Shown: positions 24,812 through 34,206 of the stretch, one piece after another
How positions within the stretch are numbered: the stretch's first letter is position 1
How the letters are laid out: the number at the start of each line of letters is the position of its first letter
DNA from: an uncultured virus (IMG/VR IMGVR_UViG_3300044616_001484)
Taxonomy: Duplodnaviria > Heunggongvirae > Uroviricota > Caudoviricetes
Direction: 5' to 3' (one strand)
DNA: 64,000 bases
IMG/VR virus record: IMGVR_UViG_3300044616_001484
Made by a program: the position numbers and the translations under genes
The notes under the pieces: generated by a model
Database searches by the model: none
Told to the model about the DNA's origin: nothing
The model's input: only the letters and a program-made list of their open reading frames with translations

Positions 24812-25627
24812 TTAAAAAGTAATCCAAGATTCTGGAAACAAATCACTTCTATCTAATGATGACAATTGCCCACCAAACCAATTTGTATTCGGGGCTATTA
24901 CAACTTTATTGGGGGCTTTATTTAAATATGCAGACCACCAACTAAAAGTACTATTTCCAATAATATTATTTGAACATATGCTCATAAAAATTAAATCAAT
25001 AATATTGGATTCATTTTCAATAAATGTATATGTGTTTGGCAAAATTTGTTTTGCCACAGCCATATTATCAGAAAACACTAAAATATTGTCTACTCGTTTT
25101 TCTAAATTAATTGTATCGATAGCTTTTTTATAATAGGCTTCTGTAAGCAATGGGAAAGTATCATGGCATGAAGGCCGATCTCCCCCAGCTCGCAAGTGTA
25201 TTGCAACAGAATTGTTTAATAAGTGCCCATATTTATTTACAATATAATCAACAATTTCTTGTTTTGGTTTAAAGTATTCTTCTACTAATTTTGTTTTTAT
25301 ATTTTTAAAATATTTTTCACTTTGAAAGTATCCACGAATATTGATATTATCAACTTTAGGTATTGGTCTATACGCAAAAGAATAATTTGCAGTGTGTGGA
25401 TGTAAATCTGTGTGTTGATATAACTGATAATTTTGAGTATATTCATCTACAAAATTAAATTTATTTTCAAAAAGATTTTGTATTTCCAGAGGTCTAAATG
25501 ATGAAACCCACGAATCTCTCGTGTTTAATAATTCATAGTTTAAATTAAGTTCATCTTTTAAATTTAAAAGTGCAGCTAATTGAAATAGATTATTTCCCAA
25601 TTCACCGTGAAATGTAGTTGTTATCAT
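24812..25627 (-). CDS. GT11 (alpha-1,2-fucosyltransferase-like) glycosyltransferase
   Basis: GELGNNLFQ, GYFQSEKYF, HLRAGGD, FSDN, NSTFSWW. Confidence 0.9.
   Translation of the reverse strand: MITTTFHGELGNNLFQLAALLNLKDELNLNYELLNTRDSWVSSFRPLEIQNLFENKFNFVDEYTQNYQLYQHTDLHPHTANYSFAYRPIPKVDNINIRGYFQSEKYFKNIKTKLVEEYFKPKQEIVDYIVNKYGHLLNNSVAIHLRAGGDRPSCHDTFPLLTEAYYKKAIDTINLEKRVDNILVFSDNMAVAKQILPNTYTFIENESNIIDLIFMSICSNNIIGNSTFSWWSAYLNKAPNKVVIAPNTNWFGGQLSSLDRSDLFPESWITF
25589..25627. repeat. 39-bp direct repeat, copy 1 (GT11 codons 1-13)
   Basis: ATTATTTCCCAATTCACCGTGAAATGTAGTTGTTATCAT. Confidence 0.95.
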
Positions 25628-25633
25628 ATAATT

Positions 25634-26308
25634 TTATAGGGTAATTTTTTTTACTTGATAAAATCTGTGAATGTGGGGATAACTATATCCAATTTGTCCC
25701 AAAAAATCAAATTCAATATTATATTCAGAACAAATTTCCTTGTGGGCTCGGGGTTCTCCTTTTGACATATTTTCCCAATCACGAATACCACCCCAATCAT
25801 CGTAATAAATAAAGGTTCCTTCTACGATTATTTTATTTTTTATATAAAAATCTAAACAATATTTTGTTGGAGTATAAATATCAAAATCTGCATCTATAAT
25901 AAGAGCTGGTTCAAATTTATATTTTACATAATTATCCAAATTATTTGTATTTTCAGCCAATCCCATAAATAAATTTAACTCTGTATTTTTACAACAAGGA
26001 ATTAATTTATCGTAAACGCATTTAAGACATTCTTCTGCAGAATTTACATTAAAAAACTTTTGTGCGTTTATTCCACCTTTTTTCCAAGATTCTTGGTCTA
26101 CTTCTTCCGCATTTTCATCTGGCATTCCTGCAAAAGTATCAAAACCAAAATATTTTTGAATAAATAAATTTTTTTCATTAAAATATTCAATAGTTTCTTT
26201 CATGGAGTCTCCATTAAAAACACCCCACTGATATATCGTATTTAAATTTTTATTTTGTGAAGTTTTTAAAATTAAATCAAAATGCTTTTTATAAAAGTTT
26301 AATCGCAT
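25634..26308 (-). CDS. TylF/MycF-like O-methyltransferase
   Basis: WGVFNGDS, GFDTFAGMP, DADFDIYTPT, YYDDW, GE..A. Confidence 0.75.
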   Translation of the reverse strand: MRLNFYKKHFDLILKTSQNKNLNTIYQWGVFNGDSMKETIEYFNEKNLFIQKYFGFDTFAGMPDENAEEVDQESWKKGGINAQKFFNVNSAEECLKCVYDKLIPCCKNTELNLFMGLAENTNNLDNYVKYKFEPALIIDADFDIYTPTKYCLDFYIKNKIIVEGTFIYYDDWGGIRDWENMSKGEPRAHKEICSEYNIEFDFLGQIGYSYPHIHRFYQVKKITL

Positions 26309-26310
26309 AA

Positions 26311-26349
26311 ATTATTTCCTAATTCACCGTGAAATGTAGTTGTTATCAT
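26311..26349. repeat. 39-bp direct repeat, copy 2 (5' remnant of GT11; mini-ORF MITTTFHGELGNNLCD* at 26299-26349)
   Basis: ATTATTTCCTAATTCACCGTGAAATGTAGTTGTTATCAT, 38/39 identical to copy 1. Confidence 0.95.
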
Positions 26350-26373
26350 TTAATTCAATTCCATCAAAAGTTT

Positions 26374-27450
26374 TCATAATATATTTGTAAGTTGATTTAA
26401 AACTTCTTTTCTCGTATCTAATATTTTTATTTGATATCCAAGTTCTTTTAACTTGATTGCAAATTTTAACTGCTGTGATTCTTCCAGCAAAACACTATCT
26501 TTTTTATAAGTTACATATTCAATTTCAACAACTTCATTTTTATTTGGATGATTTTTTATAAAATCTTCTATTTGGTATTCCAAATGTTTTTTATTCATCT
26601 CGTCAGTTGCTTTTGAAATAATTGCATCGACACCAACTTGTTCACCACATTTAGCCAATGCTCTATTATCTCTAGGAAAACACGGTCCACCAAATCCAAA
26701 TCCGGGTTTAATATATTTAGTTCCAATTCTAGAATCTGTTCCAACTGCCTGCAATACAACATTTGCATCACAACCAAATCTTGTTGCAATATCACCAACC
26801 ATATTTGCGTAACTTATTTTTGTTGTTAAAAAACAATTTACAGCTAATTTGGTTAATTCAGCTTCTGTGCGTGACATTTTATTATATGTTGGTCTAGATT
26901 CTACCATATTTTCATATATTGATTGTATCAAATTTCCTGCATATTCATCAGCTTGACCTATTAACACATTATCACACAACAATTGGTCTTTAATGATAGA
27001 ACCTTGAGCAATAAATTCTGGATTGTATGAAACATGGTAATTGCAATCAACAAGCTTGGCATGAAGTGTGTCACAATATCCGGGAAACGTAGTGCAATTT
27101 ATAATTATATCTTTTCTTTTTGATTGTTTCCCAAAAGATATAAGTTGTTTTGCAATATTTTCAATTTGTGTATGATCATATTTAAAATCTGTCGTAGATG
27201 GAGTTGCAACAACAACAAATATTACATCATTTATTATTGCATCCGCAATACTGGTTGAAAAATTTAATTTTGTAGATTTTTTTAAATAATCATTAACATA
27301 TTGCTCTTCGCTACAAAACGTTTTTAAAATTAAGCTATTAACATAATTTTTATCTTTGTCAATACCTAAAACATCATATCCTTTACGTTCAAGGTTTAAA
27401 GCTAGACACAACCCTAGCTTACCTACACCAATTATTGAAATATTTTTCAT
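26374..27450 (-). CDS. UDP-glucose/GDP-mannose 6-dehydrogenase family
   Basis: GVGKLG, YNPEF, AELTKLAVN, PGFGFGGPCFPRD. Confidence 0.9.
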   Translation of the reverse strand: MKNISIIGVGKLGLCLALNLERKGYDVLGIDKDKNYVNSLILKTFCSEEQYVNDYLKKSTKLNFSTSIADAIINDVIFVVVATPSTTDFKYDHTQIENIAKQLISFGKQSKRKDIIINCTTFPGYCDTLHAKLVDCNYHVSYNPEFIAQGSIIKDQLLCDNVLIGQADEYAGNLIQSIYENMVESRPTYNKMSRTEAELTKLAVNCFLTTKISYANMVGDIATRFGCDANVVLQAVGTDSRIGTKYIKPGFGFGGPCFPRDNRALAKCGEQVGVDAIISKATDEMNKKHLEYQIEDFIKNHPNKNEVVEIEYVTYKKDSVLLEESQQLKFAIKLKELGYQIKILDTRKEVLNQLTNIL

Positions 27451-27451
27451 A

Positions 27452-28234
27452 TTATTGTTTGTTATTTTTTAATTTATATACTGGAATAGAAATCATTTTA
27501 TGTTTGTTTTTAGAATTATACATTTTATAAATTTTAATTACTTGTTTTTGCCTGTATGTTAAAGATGATTCGGGAAAATTTATATTTTCCATTGCCCATT
27601 CTAATTCTTCGTAAGACGCACCAATTTGTTGTTCATCTGTACGATCATCATCCCACAGCCCATCTGTAGGTGCTGCTGTAATAATTTCATTATAAACTCC
27701 CAAACATTTACCCAATTCTCTTACATCTGTTTTCGACAAATCTGCTATTGGTGAAATATCTACTCCACCATCGCCATATTTAGTAAAAAATCCTACACCA
27801 AAATCCTCAACTTTATTTCCAGTTCCTACAACCAAACCCAGATGTTCTGTCGCAACATGATATAAAGCCATCATACGATGTCTTGATTTTGTATTGGCAT
27901 TTGCCAATTTATTATCAATGTTTAATTGCGTTTTTATTGAATTAAAAAATTTATTATAAGCGTCAGATAAATCTAATTTAATGTATTTTACATTTGAAAA
28001 CTTTGAAGATAACCATTTACAATGTTTATCTGATAAATTTGTATTTTTTTCAGTAGACAAAATTGGAATATTTAATATTATTACGGGCATCAATGTTTTT
28101 GCACATAGTGTAGAAACTACAGCAGAATCTATGCCTCCAGAAACACCAACAACAAAAGTTTTTAAATTGTTTTTTATAAGATATGTTTTTAACCACTCAC
28201 TTATATCAGAAGCAATGTAATCATAATTTTTCAT
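27452..28234 (-). CDS. nadE: NH3-dependent NAD+ synthetase
   Basis: GVSGGIDS, NTKSRHRM, GTGNKVE, FFTKYGDGGVDISPIADL, APTDGLW..TDE. Confidence 0.93.
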   Translation of the reverse strand: MKNYDYIASDISEWLKTYLIKNNLKTFVVGVSGGIDSAVVSTLCAKTLMPVIILNIPILSTEKNTNLSDKHCKWLSSKFSNVKYIKLDLSDAYNKFFNSIKTQLNIDNKLANANTKSRHRMMALYHVATEHLGLVVGTGNKVEDFGVGFFTKYGDGGVDISPIADLSKTDVRELGKCLGVYNEIITAAPTDGLWDDDRTDEQQIGASYEELEWAMENINFPESSLTYRQKQVIKIYKMYNSKNKHKMISIPVYKLKNNKQ

Positions 28235-29091
28235 AATAAAATCCATTCTTTGGGGAAAAAACCATCACGTTCATGAGTAGTATAATCCAAATGATAATTT
28301 GATGGTGCTATTACTATTTTATTTGGGTTGGGGTTTACATAACCAGCCCACCAACCAAAAGTTGAACTATGCGAAAGAATGTTGTAATCACATGACATTA
28401 TTCTGGAATAATCTGTTACCGGATTGTTTGATGCAGCAACTATAAAATTATCCGATTTAAAATATCGTTGTGCCCATTCTATATCTTCTTTATCATCTCC
28501 TGTAGTACTTCCTCCAGTAAAAATTAAAAAAACAAAATCATCTTTTTTAGAAAAATAATTTAAAGCTGAATGCAAATAACTTCCAAATTCACTAGATGGG
28601 TCAAACGGATTATCACGATATAAAGGAGTACTGGGAGTTGATCTATCACTTAAATCACCTCGTCTAATATGAATGCTGATTGCTTTTCTTCCTTGTTTTA
28701 TAGAATCAACATATTCTTTAGCACTTTTTAAATAATGTTCTTTTGGTATTAATTCTTTTTTAATATCATTTTCAATATTATTAAAATATTTTGTATTTTG
28801 AAAAAAACCAAATAAATTTGTACCATCTGTAACATTTAATATGTGATCGTAATAATATCCACTTGGTTCTGGTTCAAAAATTGTTTTATATATTAGATCT
28901 GTTCCAGATAATCTTTCACAATTTATTTGAAATTCATTTAATAAACAATTTTGACCGTGCCACGTTCTATTTTCTGTAAAAGGTATTTTTGGTGTTAAAT
29001 TATATTTTTTTGCTAAACCTTTTAAAGTTGCATATTGATAAAATTGATTTCCAAGTCTACCCCATTCGCCCAATTTAGTAAATGTAATCAT
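28231..29091 (-). CDS. Second GT11 glycosyltransferase
   Basis: GRLGNQFYQ, GFFQNTKYF, HIRRGD, SSTFGWW. Confidence 0.9.
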   Translation of the reverse strand: MITFTKLGEWGRLGNQFYQYATLKGLAKKYNLTPKIPFTENRTWHGQNCLLNEFQINCERLSGTDLIYKTIFEPEPSGYYYDHILNVTDGTNLFGFFQNTKYFNNIENDIKKELIPKEHYLKSAKEYVDSIKQGRKAISIHIRRGDLSDRSTPSTPLYRDNPFDPSSEFGSYLHSALNYFSKKDDFVFLIFTGGSTTGDDKEDIEWAQRYFKSDNFIVAASNNPVTDYSRIMSCDYNILSHSSTFGWWAGYVNPNPNKIVIAPSNYHLDYTTHERDGFFPKEWILL

Positions 29092-29092
29092 A

Positions 29093-29788
29093 TTATTCCC
29101 AAACACAAATTTTATTTAAATCTTCTGATCCATACAAATAACCACGCTTAAATCCTTCAAAACCAAGCCAAGGATTTAAAGTAGATCCAATATCCATATA
29201 CGTGTTGTTTTTATTGTGTTGCCACATTTTATATGCCAATATATTACCAAAAGGCCCTGCGGCAAATAAATATAACTCACCTTGAGTGTTTAGTTCTTTT
29301 AATTCTTCAATTAAATCAAGATTCTCTACCCAAGCATTTACTTTGATTGGATAAAATCGTTTTACATCAAAAGGCAATTTTGTTATATCAGATTTTTCAT
29401 TTGCTATCAGATTAACAGTCCAATTTTTATATTCTGGAATAAAGTTATCTTTATAAAAGAGATAATTTGAGTTTACAAATATATTTGCATACGTAAGATT
29501 TTCCTCGTCTTGACCGGAAATAGTTTTCATTTGCTGATGTGCTTGTCCTTGGCAGCAAGGACAGCTAATTCCTACAAAATAATTTGGATCTTTGTAAACA
29601 AAAGATTCTCTCAAAAGTTGAATTGAGTTTAAGGTTTTTTCTGATGAATCTGCTTTAAACTCACCATTATATACTGGGAACTGATTCATTGCCATCCATT
29701 CGCCGTCAGCATATTTGCTAAATGCAAATGGTTTTTTGGAAATCAATCGTGCAAATAGTTTTTCAATTTCAGGTTTAAATAATTTCAT
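29093..29788 (-). CDS. Hypothetical protein, possible GT-D-fold glycosyltransferase
   Basis: FSKYADGE N-terminal and AAGP...DIGS C-terminal motifs. Confidence 0.55.
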   Translation of the reverse strand: MKLFKPEIEKLFARLISKKPFAFSKYADGEWMAMNQFPVYNGEFKADSSEKTLNSIQLLRESFVYKDPNYFVGISCPCCQGQAHQQMKTISGQDEENLTYANIFVNSNYLFYKDNFIPEYKNWTVNLIANEKSDITKLPFDVKRFYPIKVNAWVENLDLIEELKELNTQGELYLFAAGPFGNILAYKMWQHNKNNTYMDIGSTLNPWLGFEGFKRGYLYGSEDLNKICVWE

Positions 29789-30770
29789 TTGTATATTGTT
29801 TCAACGTTTTAATAATTTTTTCCACGGCTTTACCGTCGCCATATGGACATGTTTCACTTACTTCGTAGTATTTATCAAAGTCTTTGATACATTCTCTTAT
29901 GCAAATTGGTTCAAATGCCAAAACAGAAAATGTCCCAAGACCTTCTTTTCTTTCTGTTTCTTTTCTCACAACTATTGTTCTTTTTTTAAAAAAAGATGCT
30001 TCTTCTTGAATTCCACCGCTGTCGGTTATGATAAACTTGGATTGTTTTAATAAATTTATCATGTTTGGATAAGTTTGCGGAGACATTACAGAAATATTTT
30101 TAAAATCGTTATCAACAGTTATAGATGGGTGTTTGATGTATACAAAATTTAAATGTTTAAAATTTAAAGCCACCTCATCTATTGCTTTTAATACTTTTTC
30201 AATTCTATCTTTATTTTCTCTTCTGTGTAGAGTAATAGGAATGGTATTTCCATAAAATACATTTTCATTATCCAAATTATCCAAAACAGTATTACCAACA
30301 ACATGAATTGTTCCGTTTACTTTTTCATTTTGTAATACCTGTTTATTTAATTCCGAAACACAAAAATGCATGTCAGCCATGTTGGAGATGCATTTTCTAT
30401 ATGTTTCTTCTGGATATGGATTTTCTTTATCCCAAGTTCTTAATCCAGCTTCTATGTGAATTATTTTTATTTTGTTGTGAAACGCATTTAAAGCTATACC
30501 AAAACTTGTTGCTGTATCACCTTGGACAATTACATATGTTGCATTTGATGCAAATAATTTACTGTTTAAAGTTTGTTGAATAATTGAATTTAATCTATTA
30601 TTGTCGCTGATGTGTATGTCTACCAATCTGTCAAAATAACAATCTTCAATTAATGTGGTGTGTTGATTTACTTTTACCAGTTCACATTCAAAATTTGCAT
30701 TTTTCATTTCTGTATAAAGTTTATACAGTTTTATGTATTCTGGTCTAGTTCCATAAAAAATAGATATCAT
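29775..30770 (-). CDS. wecB: UDP-GlcNAc 2-epimerase (non-hydrolysing)
   Basis: GTRPEYIK, QGDT, HIEAGLRT, YPEE, TLHRREN, TDSGGIQEEA. Confidence 0.92.
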   Translation of the reverse strand: MISIFYGTRPEYIKLYKLYTEMKNANFECELVKVNQHTTLIEDCYFDRLVDIHISDNNRLNSIIQQTLNSKLFASNATYVIVQGDTATSFGIALNAFHNKIKIIHIEAGLRTWDKENPYPEETYRKCISNMADMHFCVSELNKQVLQNEKVNGTIHVVGNTVLDNLDNENVFYGNTIPITLHRRENKDRIEKVLKAIDEVALNFKHLNFVYIKHPSITVDNDFKNISVMSPQTYPNMINLLKQSKFIITDSGGIQEEASFFKKRTIVVRKETERKEGLGTFSVLAFEPICIRECIKDFDKYYEVSETCPYGDGKAVEKIIKTLKQYTNEII

Positions 30771-30771
30771 T

Positions 30772-31527
30772 TTATGCTCTTAATAATTTAAATCCACTGT
30801 CAACAGACTTTGAAAGTTCCATAGCCATCATTTGCCCACCAGATAAGCGCATATTACCAAATTGGTATAAATTCATGGATATTCCTTCAGCACTATGTCC
30901 ATAAGGTTCTCCCTTTATACTTCCCCACATTTCCATATCATTCGCTGGGTGTGGTGGAACATAAACACCTTGATTGGTGTATTTTTGTATCATTTTAGCA
31001 AAATGAATATCTTCACCTACAATTGGTATTTGATTTGTTGGTGGAAGTTCTCTCCAAAAAACAGAAAGAAGATCCCTGTGAAAAAACCAACAATGTCCTA
31101 CTATATCAACTTTTTCAACTGTTTCATTTGGCTTACACCAACCTAAACGCTCTACTTTATTCCAAGTATAATACTTGTCACCAAAAATTACACCAACTGT
31201 GCCAAGCAAGCCCGGATGGGTTTTGTATGTGTTTAGGCAATTTTCAATCCATTTGGTTCCCGGTATCGTATCATCATCAAAAATTGCAATATAGTCTGAT
31301 CGACAATTTAAAGCCAATGCAAATCTTGCCCATACACCTAAATTTTGATTACAGTCAACAAAAATAACATCATCTTTTTGAGACTGTTCTATGGGTTCAG
31401 AATCAGATTTATTTTGCCAAACAAATATTTCATTGATTGGTACTGATTGATTTTTTATGGCTTGCTGTTGTTCAGCAAACCATCTTGTTCTACGATATGA
31501 ATTTAAAACTATTGAAACGGTTTCCAT
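30772..31527 (-). CDS. GT-A (GT2-like) glycosyltransferase
   Basis: GVWARF, FDDD, GEDIHF. Confidence 0.78.
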   Translation of the reverse strand: METVSIVLNSYRRTRWFAEQQQAIKNQSVPINEIFVWQNKSDSEPIEQSQKDDVIFVDCNQNLGVWARFALALNCRSDYIAIFDDDTIPGTKWIENCLNTYKTHPGLLGTVGVIFGDKYYTWNKVERLGWCKPNETVEKVDIVGHCWFFHRDLLSVFWRELPPTNQIPIVGEDIHFAKMIQKYTNQGVYVPPHPANDMEMWGSIKGEPYGHSAEGISMNLYQFGNMRLSGGQMMAMELSKSVDSGFKLLRA

Positions 31528-32141
31528 TAATAATCAAAACCACTGTTTGGTGTGGTCCCCCAATATTGTTTTGCGTAAATTTTTCCTTCTCCTGAATACT
31601 CTATACCCGAATAATGTCTTGGTATAAAATACCAACTTGGATATACTGTGATAGGATATTTTGTTCTGTAAACTGTATTTGTTAGTAACATAGGCCCAGT
31701 AATAGCCCAAGTTTCCAGTGGGTGATAATTCATATTTGGAAATTGGATTATTTGATCCATTATCACATTCATCAATTGGCAATTTTTTTCACAAGCCAAA
31801 TAACCATTTGCCATTAAGCCTGTTCGAACTTGTTCATTTTCCCAACAACAAAAAACTTTATTATTTGTAAAAAAATCATCAAGTGAATTTACACATTCAG
31901 AGTCCGCATCAATAAAAAAACCACCTTCATCGTGCAAAATTTGATATCTTAAAATATCAGCTTTTCCCGGAAGGGATGGGCATTCATCAAATTGCTTTTT
32001 GCACTTTAATTTTGGTAGGTTATCGTCTGTCCAAAGTTTATGTTGCCAAGATGGATTTTTTTCAATCCATGTTTCAATAAACTTTGAAGGTCGTTTTGAT
32101 TGGTCTCCCAACCAAATTTGGTGTATAATTTTTGGAATCAT
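31527..32141 (-). CDS. GT32 (Och1/DXD) glycosyltransferase
   Basis: IPKIIHQIW, ADILRY.IL..GG..IDAD, TGP. Confidence 0.88.
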   Translation of the reverse strand: MIPKIIHQIWLGDQSKRPSKFIETWIEKNPSWQHKLWTDDNLPKLKCKKQFDECPSLPGKADILRYQILHDEGGFFIDADSECVNSLDDFFTNNKVFCCWENEQVRTGLMANGYLACEKNCQLMNVIMDQIIQFPNMNYHPLETWAITGPMLLTNTVYRTKYPITVYPSWYFIPRHYSGIEYSGEGKIYAKQYWGTTPNSGFDY

Positions 32142-32155
32142 AAGATCTCGCAGCT

Positions 32156-32183
32156 ATTATAGAGTATCAAAAACTAAAGTCAA
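32156..32183 (-). promoter_or_regulatory. Sigma70-like promoter TTGACT-N16-TATAAT driving the glycan locus
   Basis: Near-consensus hexamers upstream of ATG 32141. Confidence 0.8.
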
Positions 32184-32193
32184 ATATATTTAT

Positions 32194-32221
32194 TTGACTA
32201 TTACTAAAGAGACTTTATATT
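32194..32221 (+). promoter_or_regulatory. Sigma70-like promoter TTGACT-N16-TATATT driving uvsY
   Basis: Back-to-back with the glycan-locus promoter. Confidence 0.75.
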
Positions 32222-32233
32222 ACATCTCAAAAG

Positions 32234-32671
32234 ATGAATATAGAGAACCTTAAAGAACTTATTACTAAAGACTCTCAAATAGACTCTACAGAGTTAGGTA
32301 TAGAGTCTCTTAAGATACCTCAAATACACGGAAAGTATCTTAATATTTTGACAGATCTTAAACTTCTTTTGGCAAAACAACAAAATGACTTTGCCATCCA
32401 TAAACTTCGTAGGTGGAAAATTTACACCGGAAAAGCTTCACAAGAAGAACTAGAAGAATGGAAAGAAGAACCATTTGATCTGGGAATTCTTAAAACAGAT
32501 GTTGATAAATTTATGGACGCAGATCCAAAACTTATTGAGTTGAAATCAAAAATTGTTGTAAATGAAGTAAAAGTAAAAATGGTAGAAGAATTTTTAAAAG
32601 CACTTAATAATAGAAATTTTACTATTAAGTCTGCTATAGATTGGCAAAAAATGATGAATGGTATCGTATAA
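32234..32671 (+). CDS. uvsY: Recombination mediator UvsY
   Basis: ESLKIPQIHGKYL, YTGKA, RNFTIKSAIDW. Confidence 0.92.
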   Translation: MNIENLKELITKDSQIDSTELGIESLKIPQIHGKYLNILTDLKLLLAKQQNDFAIHKLRRWKIYTGKASQEELEEWKEEPFDLGILKTDVDKFMDADPKLIELKSKIVVNEVKVKMVEEFLKALNNRNFTIKSAIDWQKMMNGIV

Positions 32672-32674
32672 ATA
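32667..32674 (+). promoter_or_regulatory. T4-type late promoter TATAAATA
   Basis: Exact consensus 4 nt before uvsW GTG. Confidence 0.7.
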
Positions 32675-32678
32675 TTGA

Positions 32679-34175
32679 GTGGATATAGATGTTGAATCTA
32701 TTGATGAAGTAAGATACTATGTAAAGACAGAAAAGGGATTAAAACAAGAATTGAGAGATTACTTCTCATTCATGGTCCCCGGAGCCCAGTATATGCCTAT
32801 GTTCAAACGTAGGCTATGGGACGGAAAAATTCGTCTATACGATATACTTTCATCAACACTTCCAAGAGGACTTAAGACATATCTTGAAAAGTTTTCCACA
32901 GATCGTGGCTACACCCTAAACGTAAAAGAAACCAAAAATCCTTTATGCATCACGGACAAACAACTTCAGGTTTTTTACGAATCCTTGAAGGTTTCGGTTC
33001 GAAAACAGGCAGTGCAGATGCACGACCACCAAAAACAGGGTATCTTGCATGCATTGAACAATCATCGTTCGGTGCTGATATCACCAACTGGCTCAGGAAA
33101 AAGTCTTATTATATACGTCTTGGTTCGGTATCTGCAAAAGGTTATACCTACAGATCGCAAAATTTTAATTTTGGTTCCAACGGTCGGTCTAGTAAATCAG
33201 ATGGAGTCTGACTTTTTTGATTACTCTGGACAAGACAAATCTTGGTCATGCAAAAAATACATACACAAGATTACTGCTGGAGTTGAAAAAGAAACAAAAC
33301 AACAGATAGTAGTCTCTACATGGCAATCAATTTATAAATTGCCAAAGCAATGGTTTGATCAATTTGATGCAGTATTCTTTGATGAATGTCATCAAGCAAA
33401 AGCCGAATCAATAAATTTTATTGGACAAAAGCTTTCAAAAGCTTGGTTTAGAATCGGCACAACGGGGACATTACAACAAACACAAGCACATAGATTGAGT
33501 ATTGAGGGTATACTCGGTCCAGCTGTACAGTTTATACACACAAAAAACCTAATGAATAAAGGTTTATTGGCAAAACTTGGTATAGATTGTGTAATTCTTA
33601 AATATAGTGACGAAGAAAAACAATTGTTGAAAAAACAAAAGTATATTGATGAAATAAAATGGATCGTCACAAATGAAAAACGAAACGAATTCATCAAACA
33701 ACTCGCGCTCCGAACCAAAGGGAATACCCTTATCCTCTTTAATTACGTCGAAACACATGGAAAACCACTCGCAGCTATCTTGGAAGCAGCGGGAACGGAT
33801 AGAAAAATTTATCTTATACACGGAAAAACAGAAGCTGATGCAAGAGAAAATATCAGAAGAATCATTGACAAAGAAAAAGACGCAATCCTTGTTGCGTCCT
33901 TTGGTACTACTTCTGCTGGTATCAATATCGTCAATCTTGATAATATCATATTTGCTTCTCCTACTAAATCAGTAATAAGATTATTGCAAAGCATTGGTCG
34001 TGGTTTGCGAGTCTCTGAAAGAAAAAAGACATTAAAAGTTTATGATATTGTAGATGATCTTTCTTGGAAATCTCATAAGAACCATGTATTAAAACACTTT
34101 GAAGAACGATTAAAAATATACAAGAAAGAAAAATTTGATTTTAAAATATGTTCAATGAGTTTTAACGACCTTTGA
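32679..34175 (+). CDS. uvsW: SF2 helicase UvsW
   Basis: WDGKIRL, SPTGSGKS, DECH, QSIGRGLR. Confidence 0.96.
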   Translation: MDIDVESIDEVRYYVKTEKGLKQELRDYFSFMVPGAQYMPMFKRRLWDGKIRLYDILSSTLPRGLKTYLEKFSTDRGYTLNVKETKNPLCITDKQLQVFYESLKVSVRKQAVQMHDHQKQGILHALNNHRSVLISPTGSGKSLIIYVLVRYLQKVIPTDRKILILVPTVGLVNQMESDFFDYSGQDKSWSCKKYIHKITAGVEKETKQQIVVSTWQSIYKLPKQWFDQFDAVFFDECHQAKAESINFIGQKLSKAWFRIGTTGTLQQTQAHRLSIEGILGPAVQFIHTKNLMNKGLLAKLGIDCVILKYSDEEKQLLKKQKYIDEIKWIVTNEKRNEFIKQLALRTKGNTLILFNYVETHGKPLAAILEAAGTDRKIYLIHGKTEADARENIRRIIDKEKDAILVASFGTTSAGINIVNLDNIIFASPTKSVIRLLQSIGRGLRVSERKKTLKVYDIVDDLSWKSHKNHVLKHFEERLKIYKKEKFDFKICSMSFNDL

Positions 34176-34177
34176 AA

Positions 34178-34185
34178 GATAAATA
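34178..34185 (+). promoter_or_regulatory. Late promoter variant GATAAATA
   Basis: Precedes strong SD GGAGG and ATG 34207. Confidence 0.55.
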
Positions 34186-34206
34186 TTATGGAAGGGAGGA
34201 CATAAT

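Noticed and set aside
26350..26376. TGA read-through adding KLLMELN to the dehydrogenase
   Set aside because: Only 7 extra codons; chance is a sufficient explanation
18018..32141. Glycan locus as host contamination or a DNA hypermodification cluster
   Set aside because: Continuous with phage core genes and uses the same N16 promoters; no base-modifying enzymes (hydroxymethylase, TET/JBP) seen here, though not excluded elsewhere
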